Numbered from the stretch's first letter, positions 27,324 to 36,883 are shown. The stretch: DNA of 64,000 nt from Candidatus Omnitrophota bacterium (GCA_040753435.1 JBFMEN010000062.1:6726-70725); one strand, 5' to 3'. Numbers and translations are program-made. The notes: generated from the sequence alone by a model not told the origin.

Positions 27324-29849
27324 TCAATCCAACCGCGCCGCCAGATCCTGTTCCTTTGTTTCAATCGCCTTTTGATCAAATCCTAAAAGGGGAAGGATAT
27401 TCTGGACAGGAGTTACATTGATGATAACCGGCGCCAAACCGTCGATATCCATGTCCGCCAGACCGTCCATCGCCCGGGGATTGAACCGGATACCGGTCTT
27501 TTCGCCATGCATGGTGAAATTGATTTCATTCATATCGATACCGCCGTTGATTTTAGTATCTTCATTTTTGACTAACATGGCTGAATCAATCCCCGCTTTT
27601 TCAGCCAGGGCTAGCATAGTGTTTCTGAGCACTTCGCGCGATTGCGCTTCATCATCGCTCACTCCCCTGACAGGATAGACATTCCCTGCGGTATCGTAGA
27701 GGGTCATTCCAAGGTCCCGGTAAACTTTTGCGGTTGCTTCTCCCCAGTTCTTTTTAAATAATTGCTCTATTCTGTTAATAGCAGCGTGAACTAAAATGAG
27801 ATTTTTTTTGCCAAAATCAGGATTAGGAGAACCGGCCCGGAAATTTTCAGTTAGAATTTTTAATTCATGCATCGCGTCCGCAACCTCTTTAAAAGGAGGA
27901 AAGAAGGAAGGGTTCATGGTATTGGGGTCGATTCGGACCATAAAATCGCCGTAATCTTTAATTAAATTTTCCATTATCCGTTTATGCCGGGGAGTATTGA
28001 CTATTTTTCTCAGAAGTGCTTCAGGATGATCGAAAACTTTTTTTGCGATTTCTTCCCTGACCCTGCGGACTGGTAAATTTTCACGGATGTTGATGGTGTT
28101 GCCGGCGACATCAATTTTTGATATGGACAATACGTTTTTGTCGAGAACGATTTTCTTAATCTTGTCCATAAATTTTTGCATTTTTTCATTATCTTTCCAG
28201 GCTTCTTCAAACTCATATCCGTAAACTTCTCCGATTACGGCGTCATTCAGTTTAATGAATATGGGCCTGCGGGCTTGGTATAAGTGTCTTGCTTTGATTT
28301 GATCAAGAGCCAATCGTAATATTCTTGGGAAATACAGACCTTCGACAAGATAGTCCAGCGTCAGCATTGCCTCGTCGGTTGCAGCCGGCATTCTTCGGGA
28401 AGCCGACACCTTGATACGGTTTTCGGCAACTGTAAAGTTATTGATGCTGTCGACATCAGCGAGAGCGCCTGTTACCGATTCCTTGAGCTTTTTCATATCG
28501 GATTCGAAGTATAACGCGGCATGGTAATTCCAGGGACGTATTGCCATGATTGGTAAACCATTGAGATTCAGGATAACATTCTGGTATTTTGCCAAAGACA
28601 CCTGCGTAAGGAGTACAGGAAGTTTTTCTTGGATAAATTTGCTTAATGTCAGCATCTCTTCGCCGATAGGCGCAACCGGAATTCCGTTTTTTTCAGGAAC
28701 GGTGCGCATTTCGACCTCGAAGGCTGAGCCCTGAATCAATCCCAGGCTGCCGGGATTGCTGACATTCCTGGTGATCATGGCTTCATCCCTGAACCCGCCG
28801 GAAAAATATTGTTTTGGGATGACGGCTTGGGAAAGCGCATCGTAGTCTTCTTTAATGAAATTGAAAACTCCTTTTTCATAGGCCTTTATGTATTGATCGT
28901 AAATTTCATTAATAACATTCACCGGCCGGTCATTCGCCAGTTCAATGCCGCCTGTCTTTTTTTGATCCACATAAATTTTTGAAAGCACGGAATCTTTCAC
29001 GGCTTGCTTGTACCATTTGGCCAGGATCAGGGAATAGTAGATCTGGCGCAGGGGCGCGAAGGTTTCACCGTTATTGATTTCTTTTTCGATCTCGGGCAGG
29101 ATGAGTTCTTTGATGACGTCCTGGGCAAGGTCTTCAACGCTTTCGGGATTATTCAGTGGAGAATCCCGGCCGCCTTGTGTCTTTTGATAGTCCCTGTCCG
29201 TCATGACTTTAAGATGCGCGTCCACAATGAAGACCGTTTGATCATGCTCGTAGAGGGTGGCGCTTTCCGGCAAAATCCATACCTTGTTGAATAAATCGGT
29301 CCTGACATCTGTCGTTCCAAACTTTTCGTACGCCTGTTGATGAATGCGGTTCCAGAATTTCGCCCCCAGTTCACTGTCGGGATTGGTCAGCGTGGCTGAT
29401 AATTGTTTCAGAATATAGTCCTGGGCAAGCAAGTCCCGTCCGAGTTCAGTTCTGCCAAGTTCCTCAGGAATAATACGGTCGGCTTCATAAGGAGAAAGGT
29501 TGACCCAAAGGTCATTCTGGGGGATCGTCATTGAAGCCAGAAAGTATCTGACCAGCCGCTCACTTTCCTGTCTAACTTCGTCGGCGTTAAACCCGCTGTT
29601 ACCGCTGTCGACGATGAAATTAAAATCCAGGAGATCTTCGGAATTGACGGTTAGACCTTTAAGCAAAACCGGAATAAATGCAGGGCTGACATTTACCATG
29701 GTCCCTGGAACAGGCAGGTTGAGCGCTCCAACCGATTGGGCCAGCGCCAGTGAAGGGTTAAGAGCGGTCCAGAAAAACAGGACGTTCATGATTAAAGACA
29801 ATGATTTGCAAAACGAACGCTTGTGTTGCTTTCGAAATGGCCGGAACAT
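27324..29849 (-). CDS. Secreted paralogue of the giant protein: signal peptide + shared N-terminal domain + divergent central region + shared C-terminal motif
   Basis: Start ATG 29849 (AGGAGA RBS; MFRPFRKQHKRSFCKSLSLIMNVLFFWTALNPSLALA signal peptide). Residues ~45-400 align block-by-block with the giant protein (LNLPVPG, DLWVNLSP, GRDLLAQDYILKQL, FNKVWI.PESA, LRQIY, YFSGG). Confidence 0.8.
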   Translation of the reverse strand: MFRPFRKQHKRSFCKSLSLIMNVLFFWTALNPSLALAQSVGALNLPVPGTMVNVSPAFIPVLLKGLTVNSEDLLDFNFIVDSGNSGFNADEVRQESERLVRYFLASMTIPQNDLWVNLSPYEADRIIPEELGRTELGRDLLAQDYILKQLSATLTNPDSELGAKFWNRIHQQAYEKFGTTDVRTDLFNKVWILPESATLYEHDQTVFIVDAHLKVMTDRDYQKTQGGRDSPLNNPESVEDLAQDVIKELILPEIEKEINNGETFAPLRQIYYSLILAKWYKQAVKDSVLSKIYVDQKKTGGIELANDRPVNVINEIYDQYIKAYEKGVFNFIKEDYDALSQAVIPKQYFSGGFRDEAMITRNVSNPGSLGLIQGSAFEVEMRTVPEKNGIPVAPIGEEMLTLSKFIQEKLPVLLTQVSLAKYQNVILNLNGLPIMAIRPWNYHAALYFESDMKKLKESVTGALADVDSINNFTVAENRIKVSASRRMPAATDEAMLTLDYLVEGLYFPRILRLALDQIKARHLYQARRPIFIKLNDAVIGEVYGYEFEEAWKDNEKMQKFMDKIKKIVLDKNVLSISKIDVAGNTINIRENLPVRRVREEIAKKVFDHPEALLRKIVNTPRHKRIMENLIKDYGDFMVRIDPNTMNPSFFPPFKEVADAMHELKILTENFRAGSPNPDFGKKNLILVHAAINRIEQLFKKNWGEATAKVYRDLGMTLYDTAGNVYPVRGVSDDEAQSREVLRNTMLALAEKAGIDSAMLVKNEDTKINGGIDMNEINFTMHGEKTGIRFNPRAMDGLADMDIDGLAPVIINVTPVQNILPLLGFDQKAIETKEQDLAARLD

Positions 29850-30181
29850 TTTGTCTCCTGGTTGATAAAACTGCTTCCTTTGAATGACGGATTCTCTGAA
29901 TCTGAAGTTTCCAAAAACTGGAGCGATTAATTTAAGAATTAGAGAAAAGTGGATTAACTTTATCATATAAAATTATACAAAACAATGGGACAAGCCTGGA
30001 TAAACCAGGACACGAAAGCAGAAACCACCACTATTTTAAAAAAATTTTTAAAAAAGGAGAAAAATGTCAGTAAATATTCCCTCCGCCTATGGTTTTTAAT
30101 AGTAATTTGTAGTTCAATATAGATAATTCACATAAATCAACAATTGCAACCGGTTAAGGCCGGAACAGAGGGGATAGTTCA

Positions 30182-31363
30182 ATGATCGACACCAGGAAAA
30201 AAAATATTTTGTTAGTAGAAGATGAAGATGATTCCCGCCAGCTTATGGCCAAAAAACTGGAGTCCCGGGGATATCATGTTTTGCAGGCTGCCGATGGAAA
30301 CGATGCGCTGGAAATCGCTAAAAATAACCCGCTGGACTTGATTATCACGGATATTATTATGCCTCACATGGACGGGAACCAGTTGATAAAGGAATTGTCA
30401 AATCTGCATTCCTGTAAAAATATCCCGATTATTGTCATAACCGTGCGGAAAAACATGAAGGATTATTTTGAAACGCTGGGCGCTGTCGGATTTATCGCCA
30501 AACCGTTTTCGCCCGAAACCCTGATTATGCAGGTGCGCGGTGTTCTTGAGCAGCCCGAAAAGAAAAAAGAGGCGATTGACATGCAGAAACGCATTCTGGT
30601 TTCAGGCGCTCATATCGGCTGCGTCGAAGATATCTGCGAGACGCTCAGAGAGGCGGGTTATCACGTCGATTTTGTGCCGTCATCGGAACAGATCATTTCA
30701 AAAGCCGTGTTATTTCTTCCGGATCTTTTGATTTTTGAAACACAGATGGTGGGAGTTCCATTGCCGCACGAAGTTATAAAGATAGTCCGGCAAATGCCGC
30801 AGTTTAAGCGCACGCCCATTTTGATTTATAGCAAATGTGACTCAGAGGGACAAAAGAAACTACACGACGCGTTTTATCAGGAAAAGCTCAATGCCATAGC
30901 TTGCGCCAACCGTTGTCTTGATGAAGGGGCGACTGAGAATATGGGCATGCTGGATAAAGGCATACTTTTGGGATACGTTGCGAAATACTTGAGAAAAGGG
31001 ACCGTTATTGTAATCGACGATGATAAGGGGATGCTTTTGTTGCTGAAAAATAAACTGGAGGCGCAGGGCTGCCATGTGCTGACAGCGGTTGACGGAGAAA
31101 AAGGAATAGAATTGATCAGGAGGATCAAACCCGATTTGATTCTGCTCGATATTTTGATGCCGAAGATCGGCGGATATGAGGTGCTGGGAGTTTTGGAACA
31201 GGACCCGATAATGCGGGAGATCCCTGTTATTATGCTGACGGTTAAAAGCGAAGAGAGCGATATTCAGAAGGCTCTGGATCTGGGCGCGAGGGATTATATT
31301 ATCAAACCTTTTCACGCGGAATTGTTGTTGAAAAGGATCGAAAATTATTTGCAGCAGCCGTGA
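30182..31363 (+). CDS. Response regulator with three receiver domains and no output domain (middle domain is a pseudo-receiver)
   Basis: REC1 (LLVEDEDD...LIITDIIMP) and REC3 (VIVIDDDK...LILLDILMP) carry acidic pocket and acceptor Asp; middle domain has SG instead of acidic pair and Glu at acceptor position (LLIFETQM). Confidence 0.8.
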   Translation: MIDTRKKNILLVEDEDDSRQLMAKKLESRGYHVLQAADGNDALEIAKNNPLDLIITDIIMPHMDGNQLIKELSNLHSCKNIPIIVITVRKNMKDYFETLGAVGFIAKPFSPETLIMQVRGVLEQPEKKKEAIDMQKRILVSGAHIGCVEDICETLREAGYHVDFVPSSEQIISKAVLFLPDLLIFETQMVGVPLPHEVIKIVRQMPQFKRTPILIYSKCDSEGQKKLHDAFYQEKLNAIACANRCLDEGATENMGMLDKGILLGYVAKYLRKGTVIVIDDDKGMLLLLKNKLEAQGCHVLTAVDGEKGIELIRRIKPDLILLDILMPKIGGYEVLGVLEQDPIMREIPVIMLTVKSEESDIQKALDLGARDYIIKPFHAELLLKRIENYLQQP

Positions 31364-31489
31364 AGGCAAATTAGAGTGAAGAGCGAAAAATGACGAGCGA
31401 ATGTTTATTGACAGGCTTGCCGGTGATGGCTATACTTTTGACGTTCTGCAAATAATAAAACTTAAGTATGTCCTGAAGGTTAAAATTTT

Positions 31490-31876
31490 ATGGGTTTTAT
31501 TTTCTTGATAAGTTTGTTCGTCGTCATCATTCTCTGTTTGGCTCTGGTCGTCTCAGTTCTGCTGGTTAATCCGTATTATGGATTTCAAATGCACAAAGGA
31601 AAAAGGCAGGGGCAAAGGCTGATTTCTTCGGGACCGTATCGGTTTGTCAGGCATCCGGGATATTTATCTGGCGTTGTGTTGTGCCTTGGTCTCATCATGC
31701 TGTCCTTATTTTTATCGATAGTTGTACGTGCCATCATTTTTATTTACATATTTATTACGCTGATTGAAGTTTTTAAGATGACCGCCAAAGAGGATGAACT
31801 GCTTCACAAAGACCTCGAAGGTTACTCTCAGTATGCTCAGAGAGTTCGATACAGGTTGTTTCCCTGGATTTGGTGA
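31490..31876 (+). CDS. ICMT / phospholipid-methyltransferase family membrane protein (short)
   Basis: 128 aa, 3-4 TM helices, ..SGPYRFVRHPGY.. motif typical of isoprenylcysteine carboxyl methyltransferase family. Confidence 0.55.
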   Translation: MGFIFLISLFVVIILCLALVVSVLLVNPYYGFQMHKGKRQGQRLISSGPYRFVRHPGYLSGVVLCLGLIMLSLFLSIVVRAIIFIYIFITLIEVFKMTAKEDELLHKDLEGYSQYAQRVRYRLFPWIW

Positions 31877-32050
31877 ATTTGGATGTATTGACAACGTTTG
31901 TTTTCATGTTATACTTTTGTCACATCTTAACGATGAAGGTGAAGAAATGACAAACGCATTTAACAAAAAACTTTCCGCTTTAATCATTACGGTCCTTGCC
32001 GTCGGAAAGGAGTGCGCCGTCTAGTCTTCACCCAACATGCGATTTTTTCA

Positions 32051-32089
32051 ATGCCCTGCGGTGGAGACGCCAGCAGGGCATTTTTTTTG
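32051..32089 (+). terminator. Rho-independent terminator
   Basis: Stem atgccctgc(32051-59)/gcagggcat(32073-81) followed by T8. Confidence 0.65.
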
Positions 32090-32263
32090 AATTGCCCCCA
32101 GTTTGCAGTTAGCTGCCAGCCGGGCATGATGTGAGTAGCGTTTTATGAAAAATATTACCAGGAAAATTCTATCCCTTAAGGCCGTCGCGGCTGTATCAGC
32201 CGTTGTCCCGGTCATCGTGCGTCCGCCGCCCTGAGGGTATTTTCTATAGATAGTGTTTTACAG

Positions 32264-32296
32264 CCCTCTGGACGGAAAGACCAGAGGGTTTTTTTA
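32264..32296 (+). terminator. Rho-independent terminator
   Basis: Stem ccctctgg/ccagaggg with 9-nt loop, followed by T7. Confidence 0.65.
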
Positions 32297-32390
32297 TGGC
32301 ATCAAGAACACTTGAGATCGATGACAATGAAGAAAATAAGATTTTTAGTGCTCTTGGGGTCACAGGGTCTTTTAAAAGAAAGGAAAAAAG

Positions 32391-32738
32391 ATGGACATCA
32401 TGATTGAATTAATGACGCGTGATACTGCACGCACATTTCCGCGCTTCCTTGAGGGTTTCCTTAAGGAAGAACGTTTGAAGGGACTGTTTTACGGGCCGGA
32501 CAATCGCGGAAGACGGCAGATTTTTATTCTGCTGGATGAAGGGCTGATGGATCACGCCCTAACGATGTTGGGCAATGACCAGGATATCCTGTGGTTCAGA
32601 GAGTTTGAGCGGATTGAACCGAATTTTCTAAAGGGGGTTAACCATTTGTTAAATCAGCCCGGAATGGCTGAAGAGGAGAAGCATTGGAGAGAAGATTATG
32701 AGTATCGTGAAACATTTTTACCGCGGAACTGGTGGTGA
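32391..32738 (+). CDS. Hypothetical protein (115 aa)
   Basis: ORF with AAAGGAAAAAAG upstream; no recognisable motif. Confidence 0.45.
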   Translation: MDIMIELMTRDTARTFPRFLEGFLKEERLKGLFYGPDNRGRRQIFILLDEGLMDHALTMLGNDQDILWFREFERIEPNFLKGVNHLLNQPGMAEEEKHWREDYEYRETFLPRNWW

Positions 32739-32852
32739 GATGAGCGTTTTTTGTTCTCAAATGACCGCTAAAAATATGGAAAAATTTAAAAAATGACCAA
32801 TGATTTTGAAAGTACTTGATGTTTTTGAGTATTTTAGGCTTAAATTTTTTAA

Positions 32853-32880
32853 TTTACTTCTATTTTTTATATGCTAGAAT
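32853..32880 (+). promoter_or_regulatory. Candidate sigma70-type promoter for ilvC
   Basis: TTTACT - 16 nt - TAGAAT about 70 nt upstream of ilvC start in AT-rich leader; pattern match only. Confidence 0.35.
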
Positions 32881-32952
32881 AAAAAACAATTTTCGTGGTA
32901 AAAGGCTAAAAAAAATATTTAAATTCAACGTTTTTTAAAGGAAGGATTGGAC

Positions 32953-33945
32953 ATGGCTAAGATTTATTATGACTCGGATGCGGATTTGAACGCAATCAAA
33001 AACAAGGTGATCGGCGTTATCGGTTATGGAATTCAAGGCCGTGCTCAAGCCCTTAATCTGAGGGATTCCGGACTCAAGGTGATGGTCAGTGAAGTGAAGG
33101 GTACCCAAAATTATCAGCAGGCCATTGATGACGGTTTCAAGCCGGTTGAAGCCAAGGCCATTGCCAAAAAAGCCGATATCATTCAGATTTTGACCCAGGA
33201 TCATGTACAGTCTTCTCTTTACCGTAAATCCATCCGCCGTTATTTGCAGGAAGGAAAATCCCTGGTTTTTTCACATGGGTTTAACATTCATTTTAAACAG
33301 ATTGTTCCTCCTGAAAATGTCGATGTCTGGATGATTGCTCCGAAAAGCCCGGGCGCGCTTGTACGTCGTCAATTTGAAGAAGGCCGCGGCGTTCCGTGTT
33401 TGGTCGCCGTTTATCAGGATGCTTCGGGAAAAGCGTTTGCCGACGCTTTGGCTTATGCCAAGGGCATTGGAGGAACGCGCGCCGGAGTCATTGAAACGAC
33501 ATTTAAAGAAGAAACCGAAACAGATTTGTTCGGCGAGCAGGCTGTTCTTTGCGGAGGAGCCAGCGAACTTGTCAAAGCCGGTTTTGAAACCCTTGTCAAC
33601 GCTGGTTATCAGCCTGAAATCGCTTATTTTGAATGTCTGCATGAGCTAAAACTTATTGTGGACCTATTCTATGAGGATGGCATCCAGGGCATGAGAAAAC
33701 GGGTTTCCGACACGGCGGAGTATGGAGATTATTCGAGAGGAAGCAGGATTATTACCAAAAAAACCCGTAAGGAAATGCAGAAAATTTTAAAAGAAATTCA
33801 AAACGGCAAATTCGCAAGGGAATGGATTCGTGAAAATCGCAGAGGTCGCCCCAACTTTAACCAGATGCGCGCCGAAGGCGAGAAGCATCCGATTGAAAAA
33901 GTCGGTAAAGAACTGCGTGCGATGATGTCGTGGATGAAAAAATAA
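32953..33945 (+). CDS. ilvC: Ketol-acid reductoisomerase
   Basis: [33 protein letters not shown].. class-I KARI; RBS AAAGGAAGGA 7 nt upstream of ATG 32953. Confidence 0.9.
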   Translation: MAKIYYDSDADLNAIKNKVIGVIGYGIQGRAQALNLRDSGLKVMVSEVKGTQNYQQAIDDGFKPVEAKAIAKKADIIQILTQDHVQSSLYRKSIRRYLQEGKSLVFSHGFNIHFKQIVPPENVDVWMIAPKSPGALVRRQFEEGRGVPCLVAVYQDASGKAFADALAYAKGIGGTRAGVIETTFKEETETDLFGEQAVLCGGASELVKAGFETLVNAGYQPEIAYFECLHELKLIVDLFYEDGIQGMRKRVSDTAEYGDYSRGSRIITKKTRKEMQKILKEIQNGKFAREWIRENRRGRPNFNQMRAEGEKHPIEKVGKELRAMMSWMKK

Positions 33946-34038
33946 CTAGGGCCCCAGTGCCCAGGTGCCCAGCACCCCCAGGAATTGATTTTACGGGGGA
34001 CCGGGGAACCCGGGGATCAGGGGAACTGAGGAATAAAA

Positions 34039-35541
34039 ATGGACAAAGTCTTAATTTTCGATACGACCCTGCGTGACGGGGAGCAGGCCCCCGGCGCCAG
34101 TATGAATCAAGCAGAAAAGATGGAAGTCGCCCATGTCCTGGAACGGCTGGGCGTTGATATCATCGAAGCGGGATTTCCTGTCAGTTCTCCCGGAGATTTT
34201 GCTTCTGTTAAAATGATCGCCAAAGAGATCAAGAATGCGACTATCTGCGGGCTTGCCCGTTCGATGAAAAAAGATATCGATGCCGCCTACGATGCGGTCC
34301 GGGAAGCCAATAGCGGACGCATTCACGTGTTCATCGCCACTTCGCCTATCCACATGCAGCATAAGTTAAAGAAGAATCCTGAAGAGGTCTTGCAGATGGC
34401 GATTGAAGCTGTCAAATATGCGAAGTCCAAAATCGCCGACGTGGAATTTTCAGCTGAAGATGCGACTCGCAGCAATCCGGAGTTTTTATACCGGATTGTT
34501 GAGCAGGTGATCGAGGCCGGCGCTGTAACGGTCAATATCCCTGATACCGTCGGGTATACCAATCCCCAGGAATTCGCCGCCTTGATTTCCGGAATCATGA
34601 ACAATGTTCCCAATATCGGCCGGGCTATTATATCCGTTCATTGTCACGATGACCTGGGATTGTCGGTAGCCAATTCCCTGGCCGCTGTTAAAAACGGCGC
34701 CCGTCAAGTGGAGTGTACGATCAACGGGATCGGAGAGCGGGCTGGAAATGCGGCGATGGAAGAAATCGTCATGGCGTTAAAAACACGCAGAGATTATTTC
34801 GGGGTTGATTCAGGGATCAATACCAAAGAAATAACCAAGGCTTCACGTTTGGTGTCCAAGTTAACCGGATTTCCTGTCCCTCCGAACAAGGCTATTGTCG
34901 GAGCCAATGCTTTTGCACATGAATCCGGTATTCATCAGCACGGAATTTTGAATGAGCGGTTGACGTATGAGATCATGAAAGCCGAGGATGTAGGCGTGGT
35001 CGGCTGCGGCCTCGTTTTGGGAAAGCATTCCGGGCGACACGCCTTTAAGGCGAGACTGATTCAGTTGGGTCTGGAGCTCACTGAAGACCAGATTGACCAG
35101 GCCTTCGAGCGCTTTAAAGACTTGGCCGATAAAAAAAAGGAAGTCTTTGATAAAGATATTTTGGCTATTGTTGAGGATGAATTTGAAACGAATGCCGAAC
35201 CTGTTTGGGTTCTTGAGGATTTAAAGACTACCAGCGGCCTGAATATGAAACCGCTGGTCACTGTGGTTTTAAAATCAAAAGACAAAATTTTTGCGAAAGA
35301 ATCTTCAGGGGACGGTCCGGTCGACGCTTGTTATAAGGCGATTGATGCAGTGACAAACGTTTCCGGAACATTACTTGATTATTCCATTCAATCAGTAACA
35401 AAAGGCAAGGACGCGATGGGTGAGGTGACGGTACGCGTTAATTTTAACGATAAAACCGTTATTGCCCATGGAGCCAGTACCGATATTATCGCGGCTTCGG
35501 CCAAGGCGTATATTAACGCGTTGAATAAAGTGGTAGCATAG
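34039..35541 (+). CDS. leuA: 2-isopropylmalate synthase (or closely related citramalate synthase)
   Basis: LIFDTTLRDGEQAPGASM, HCHDDLGLSVANSLAAV, and C-terminal LeuA dimerisation/regulatory domain; 500 aa. Confidence 0.88.
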   Translation: MDKVLIFDTTLRDGEQAPGASMNQAEKMEVAHVLERLGVDIIEAGFPVSSPGDFASVKMIAKEIKNATICGLARSMKKDIDAAYDAVREANSGRIHVFIATSPIHMQHKLKKNPEEVLQMAIEAVKYAKSKIADVEFSAEDATRSNPEFLYRIVEQVIEAGAVTVNIPDTVGYTNPQEFAALISGIMNNVPNIGRAIISVHCHDDLGLSVANSLAAVKNGARQVECTINGIGERAGNAAMEEIVMALKTRRDYFGVDSGINTKEITKASRLVSKLTGFPVPPNKAIVGANAFAHESGIHQHGILNERLTYEIMKAEDVGVVGCGLVLGKHSGRHAFKARLIQLGLELTEDQIDQAFERFKDLADKKKEVFDKDILAIVEDEFETNAEPVWVLEDLKTTSGLNMKPLVTVVLKSKDKIFAKESSGDGPVDACYKAIDAVTNVSGTLLDYSIQSVTKGKDAMGEVTVRVNFNDKTVIAHGASTDIIAASAKAYINALNKVVA

Positions 35542-35547
35542 CTAAAG

Positions 35548-36001
35548 ATACAAGATACAAGTTACAAGAAAAACCCAGAGTACCCCGAATAGAAAAATTA
35601 ATAAGAAGGGTGAAATGGGAGAGAATCAAGGGTATAGAAAATTAATTGTCTGGCAAAAATCAAATTCGCTGGCACTAAAAATTTATAAAATTACACGTAA
35701 GTTTCCGAAATAAGAAGTTTGCGGTATTATATCTCAATTAAGAAGGGCCGCTTTATCTGTACCAACTAACCTGGTCGAAGGACATGGAAGGCATAACCCA
35801 AAAGAGATGAAGAGATTTGTAACGATTGCCTTGGGCTCGTTAGTTGAAACGGAATATTTACTTAATTTTTCTCAAGATTTAGAATTTTTATCAGAAACAG
35901 AATATGATCAGATTGAACATGATCGTTGTGAAGTTGGAAAGCTTTTGTTTGGTTTGTTTCAGAAATTATAATTCTTTTATTTTTTTCTTGTAACTTGTAA
36001 C
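35548..36001. repeat. Inverted-repeat-bounded insertion carrying a four-helix-bundle (23S-rRNA-IVS-type) gene
   Basis: Perfect 16-bp IR caagttacaagaaaaa (35558-73) / tttttcttgtaacttg (35982-97), each extended by 7-mer tandem repeats (atacaag x2 + ttacaag; cttgtaa x2). Confidence 0.55.
35615..35971 (+). pseudogene. Four-helix-bundle protein (TIGR02436-type, 'S23 ribosomal protein' family) interrupted by in-frame TAA at 35711-35713
   Basis: MGENQGYRKLIVWQKSNSLALKIYKITRKFPK*EVCGIISQLRRAALSVPTNLVEGHGRHNPKEMKRFVTIALGSLVETEYLL.. ; the stop sits where family members have Glu (GAA->TAA); frame continuous to TAA 35969-71. Confidence 0.7.
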
Positions 36002-36016
36002 TATTCATAAAAAATA

Positions 36017-36883
36017 ATGCCAAATAAAGTAACCACCTACGGCCTCATTGGTTTTCCTCTTGGCCACAGTCTTTCCCCATGTATGCATAATACAGCGTTC
36101 CGTGCCCTGGATGTCCCTGCAGTCTATGAGTTATTTCCATTGAAGGAGCACGAGGTCGAGCCTTTTATCAAACACCTTCGTGACAAGGATTGCCATATAT
36201 TCGGAGTGAATGTTACAGTTCCTTATAAAGAGAAGGTAATGCCGTTACTGGATGCGTTATCCCCATTTGCCGAAAAGGCCGGAGCTGTCAATACGATCGT
36301 GGTTGATAAAAACAGAAGGCTTACCGGGCATAATACCGATGGCCCCGGGTTTATGTCCCATTTAGCGGAACTCGGTTTTGATATAAGCGGGAAACGGGTT
36401 TCATTAATTGGAGCGGGAGGCGCTGCGCGCGCCATTATTGCTGTCTTATGTCTGATGGATCAAAGGCCGGGAAGCGTTTTTGTTTATGATATCGATAGCG
36501 AGAAGGCTGATAATCTCGTGGCCGATCTTGGCTCCCGGATGGACACTTCAATTGTCCAGGTCGTTCGAAGTATCGATGACCTGAATATTGAAATTGCTGA
36601 CTTGCTCATTAATGCCACACCGGTCGGCCTGAAGTCTTCAGACCCGGTTCTTTTTGAGAAAGAACTGTTGCATCCGGATATGCTTGTGTATGATTTGATC
36701 TATAACCCCAGAGAGACAAAACTGCTGGCTATGGCCAGGGAGCGGGGCGCGAGGATCTCGAATGGTCTCGGAATGCTTTTTTATCAGGGTGTTCTTGCAT
36801 TCGAGCACTGGGCTGGTTATGAAGTTATGCCTGCGATCCGCGAACAGATGAGAATGAGTTTGGAGATTGGGGAAGTGATTTAA
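36017..36883 (+). CDS. aroE: Shikimate dehydrogenase
   Basis: YGLIGFPLGHSLSP..., GAGGAARA NADP-binding loop; 288 aa. Confidence 0.88.
   Translation: MPNKVTTYGLIGFPLGHSLSPCMHNTAFRALDVPAVYELFPLKEHEVEPFIKHLRDKDCHIFGVNVTVPYKEKVMPLLDALSPFAEKAGAVNTIVVDKNRRLTGHNTDGPGFMSHLAELGFDISGKRVSLIGAGGAARAIIAVLCLMDQRPGSVFVYDIDSEKADNLVADLGSRMDTSIVQVVRSIDDLNIEIADLLINATPVGLKSSDPVLFEKELLHPDMLVYDLIYNPRETKLLAMARERGARISNGLGMLFYQGVLAFEHWAGYEVMPAIREQMRMSLEIGEVI

Noticed and set aside
32739-32952. Possible T-box or ilv leader peptide upstream of ilvC
   Set aside because: Region is AT-rich without specifier/antiterminator-like T-box consensus (AATTAGGGTGGTACCGCG-type) or a Leu/Val/Ile-rich leader ORF; only a promoter-like element could be supported.
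35711-35713. In-frame TAA in the four-helix-bundle gene as evidence for an alternative genetic code
   Set aside because: Many clearly complete conserved genes in the window terminate with TAA (tsf, frr, ilvC etc.) at the expected positions, so TAA is a normal stop here; pseudogene or sequencing error is more parsimonious.
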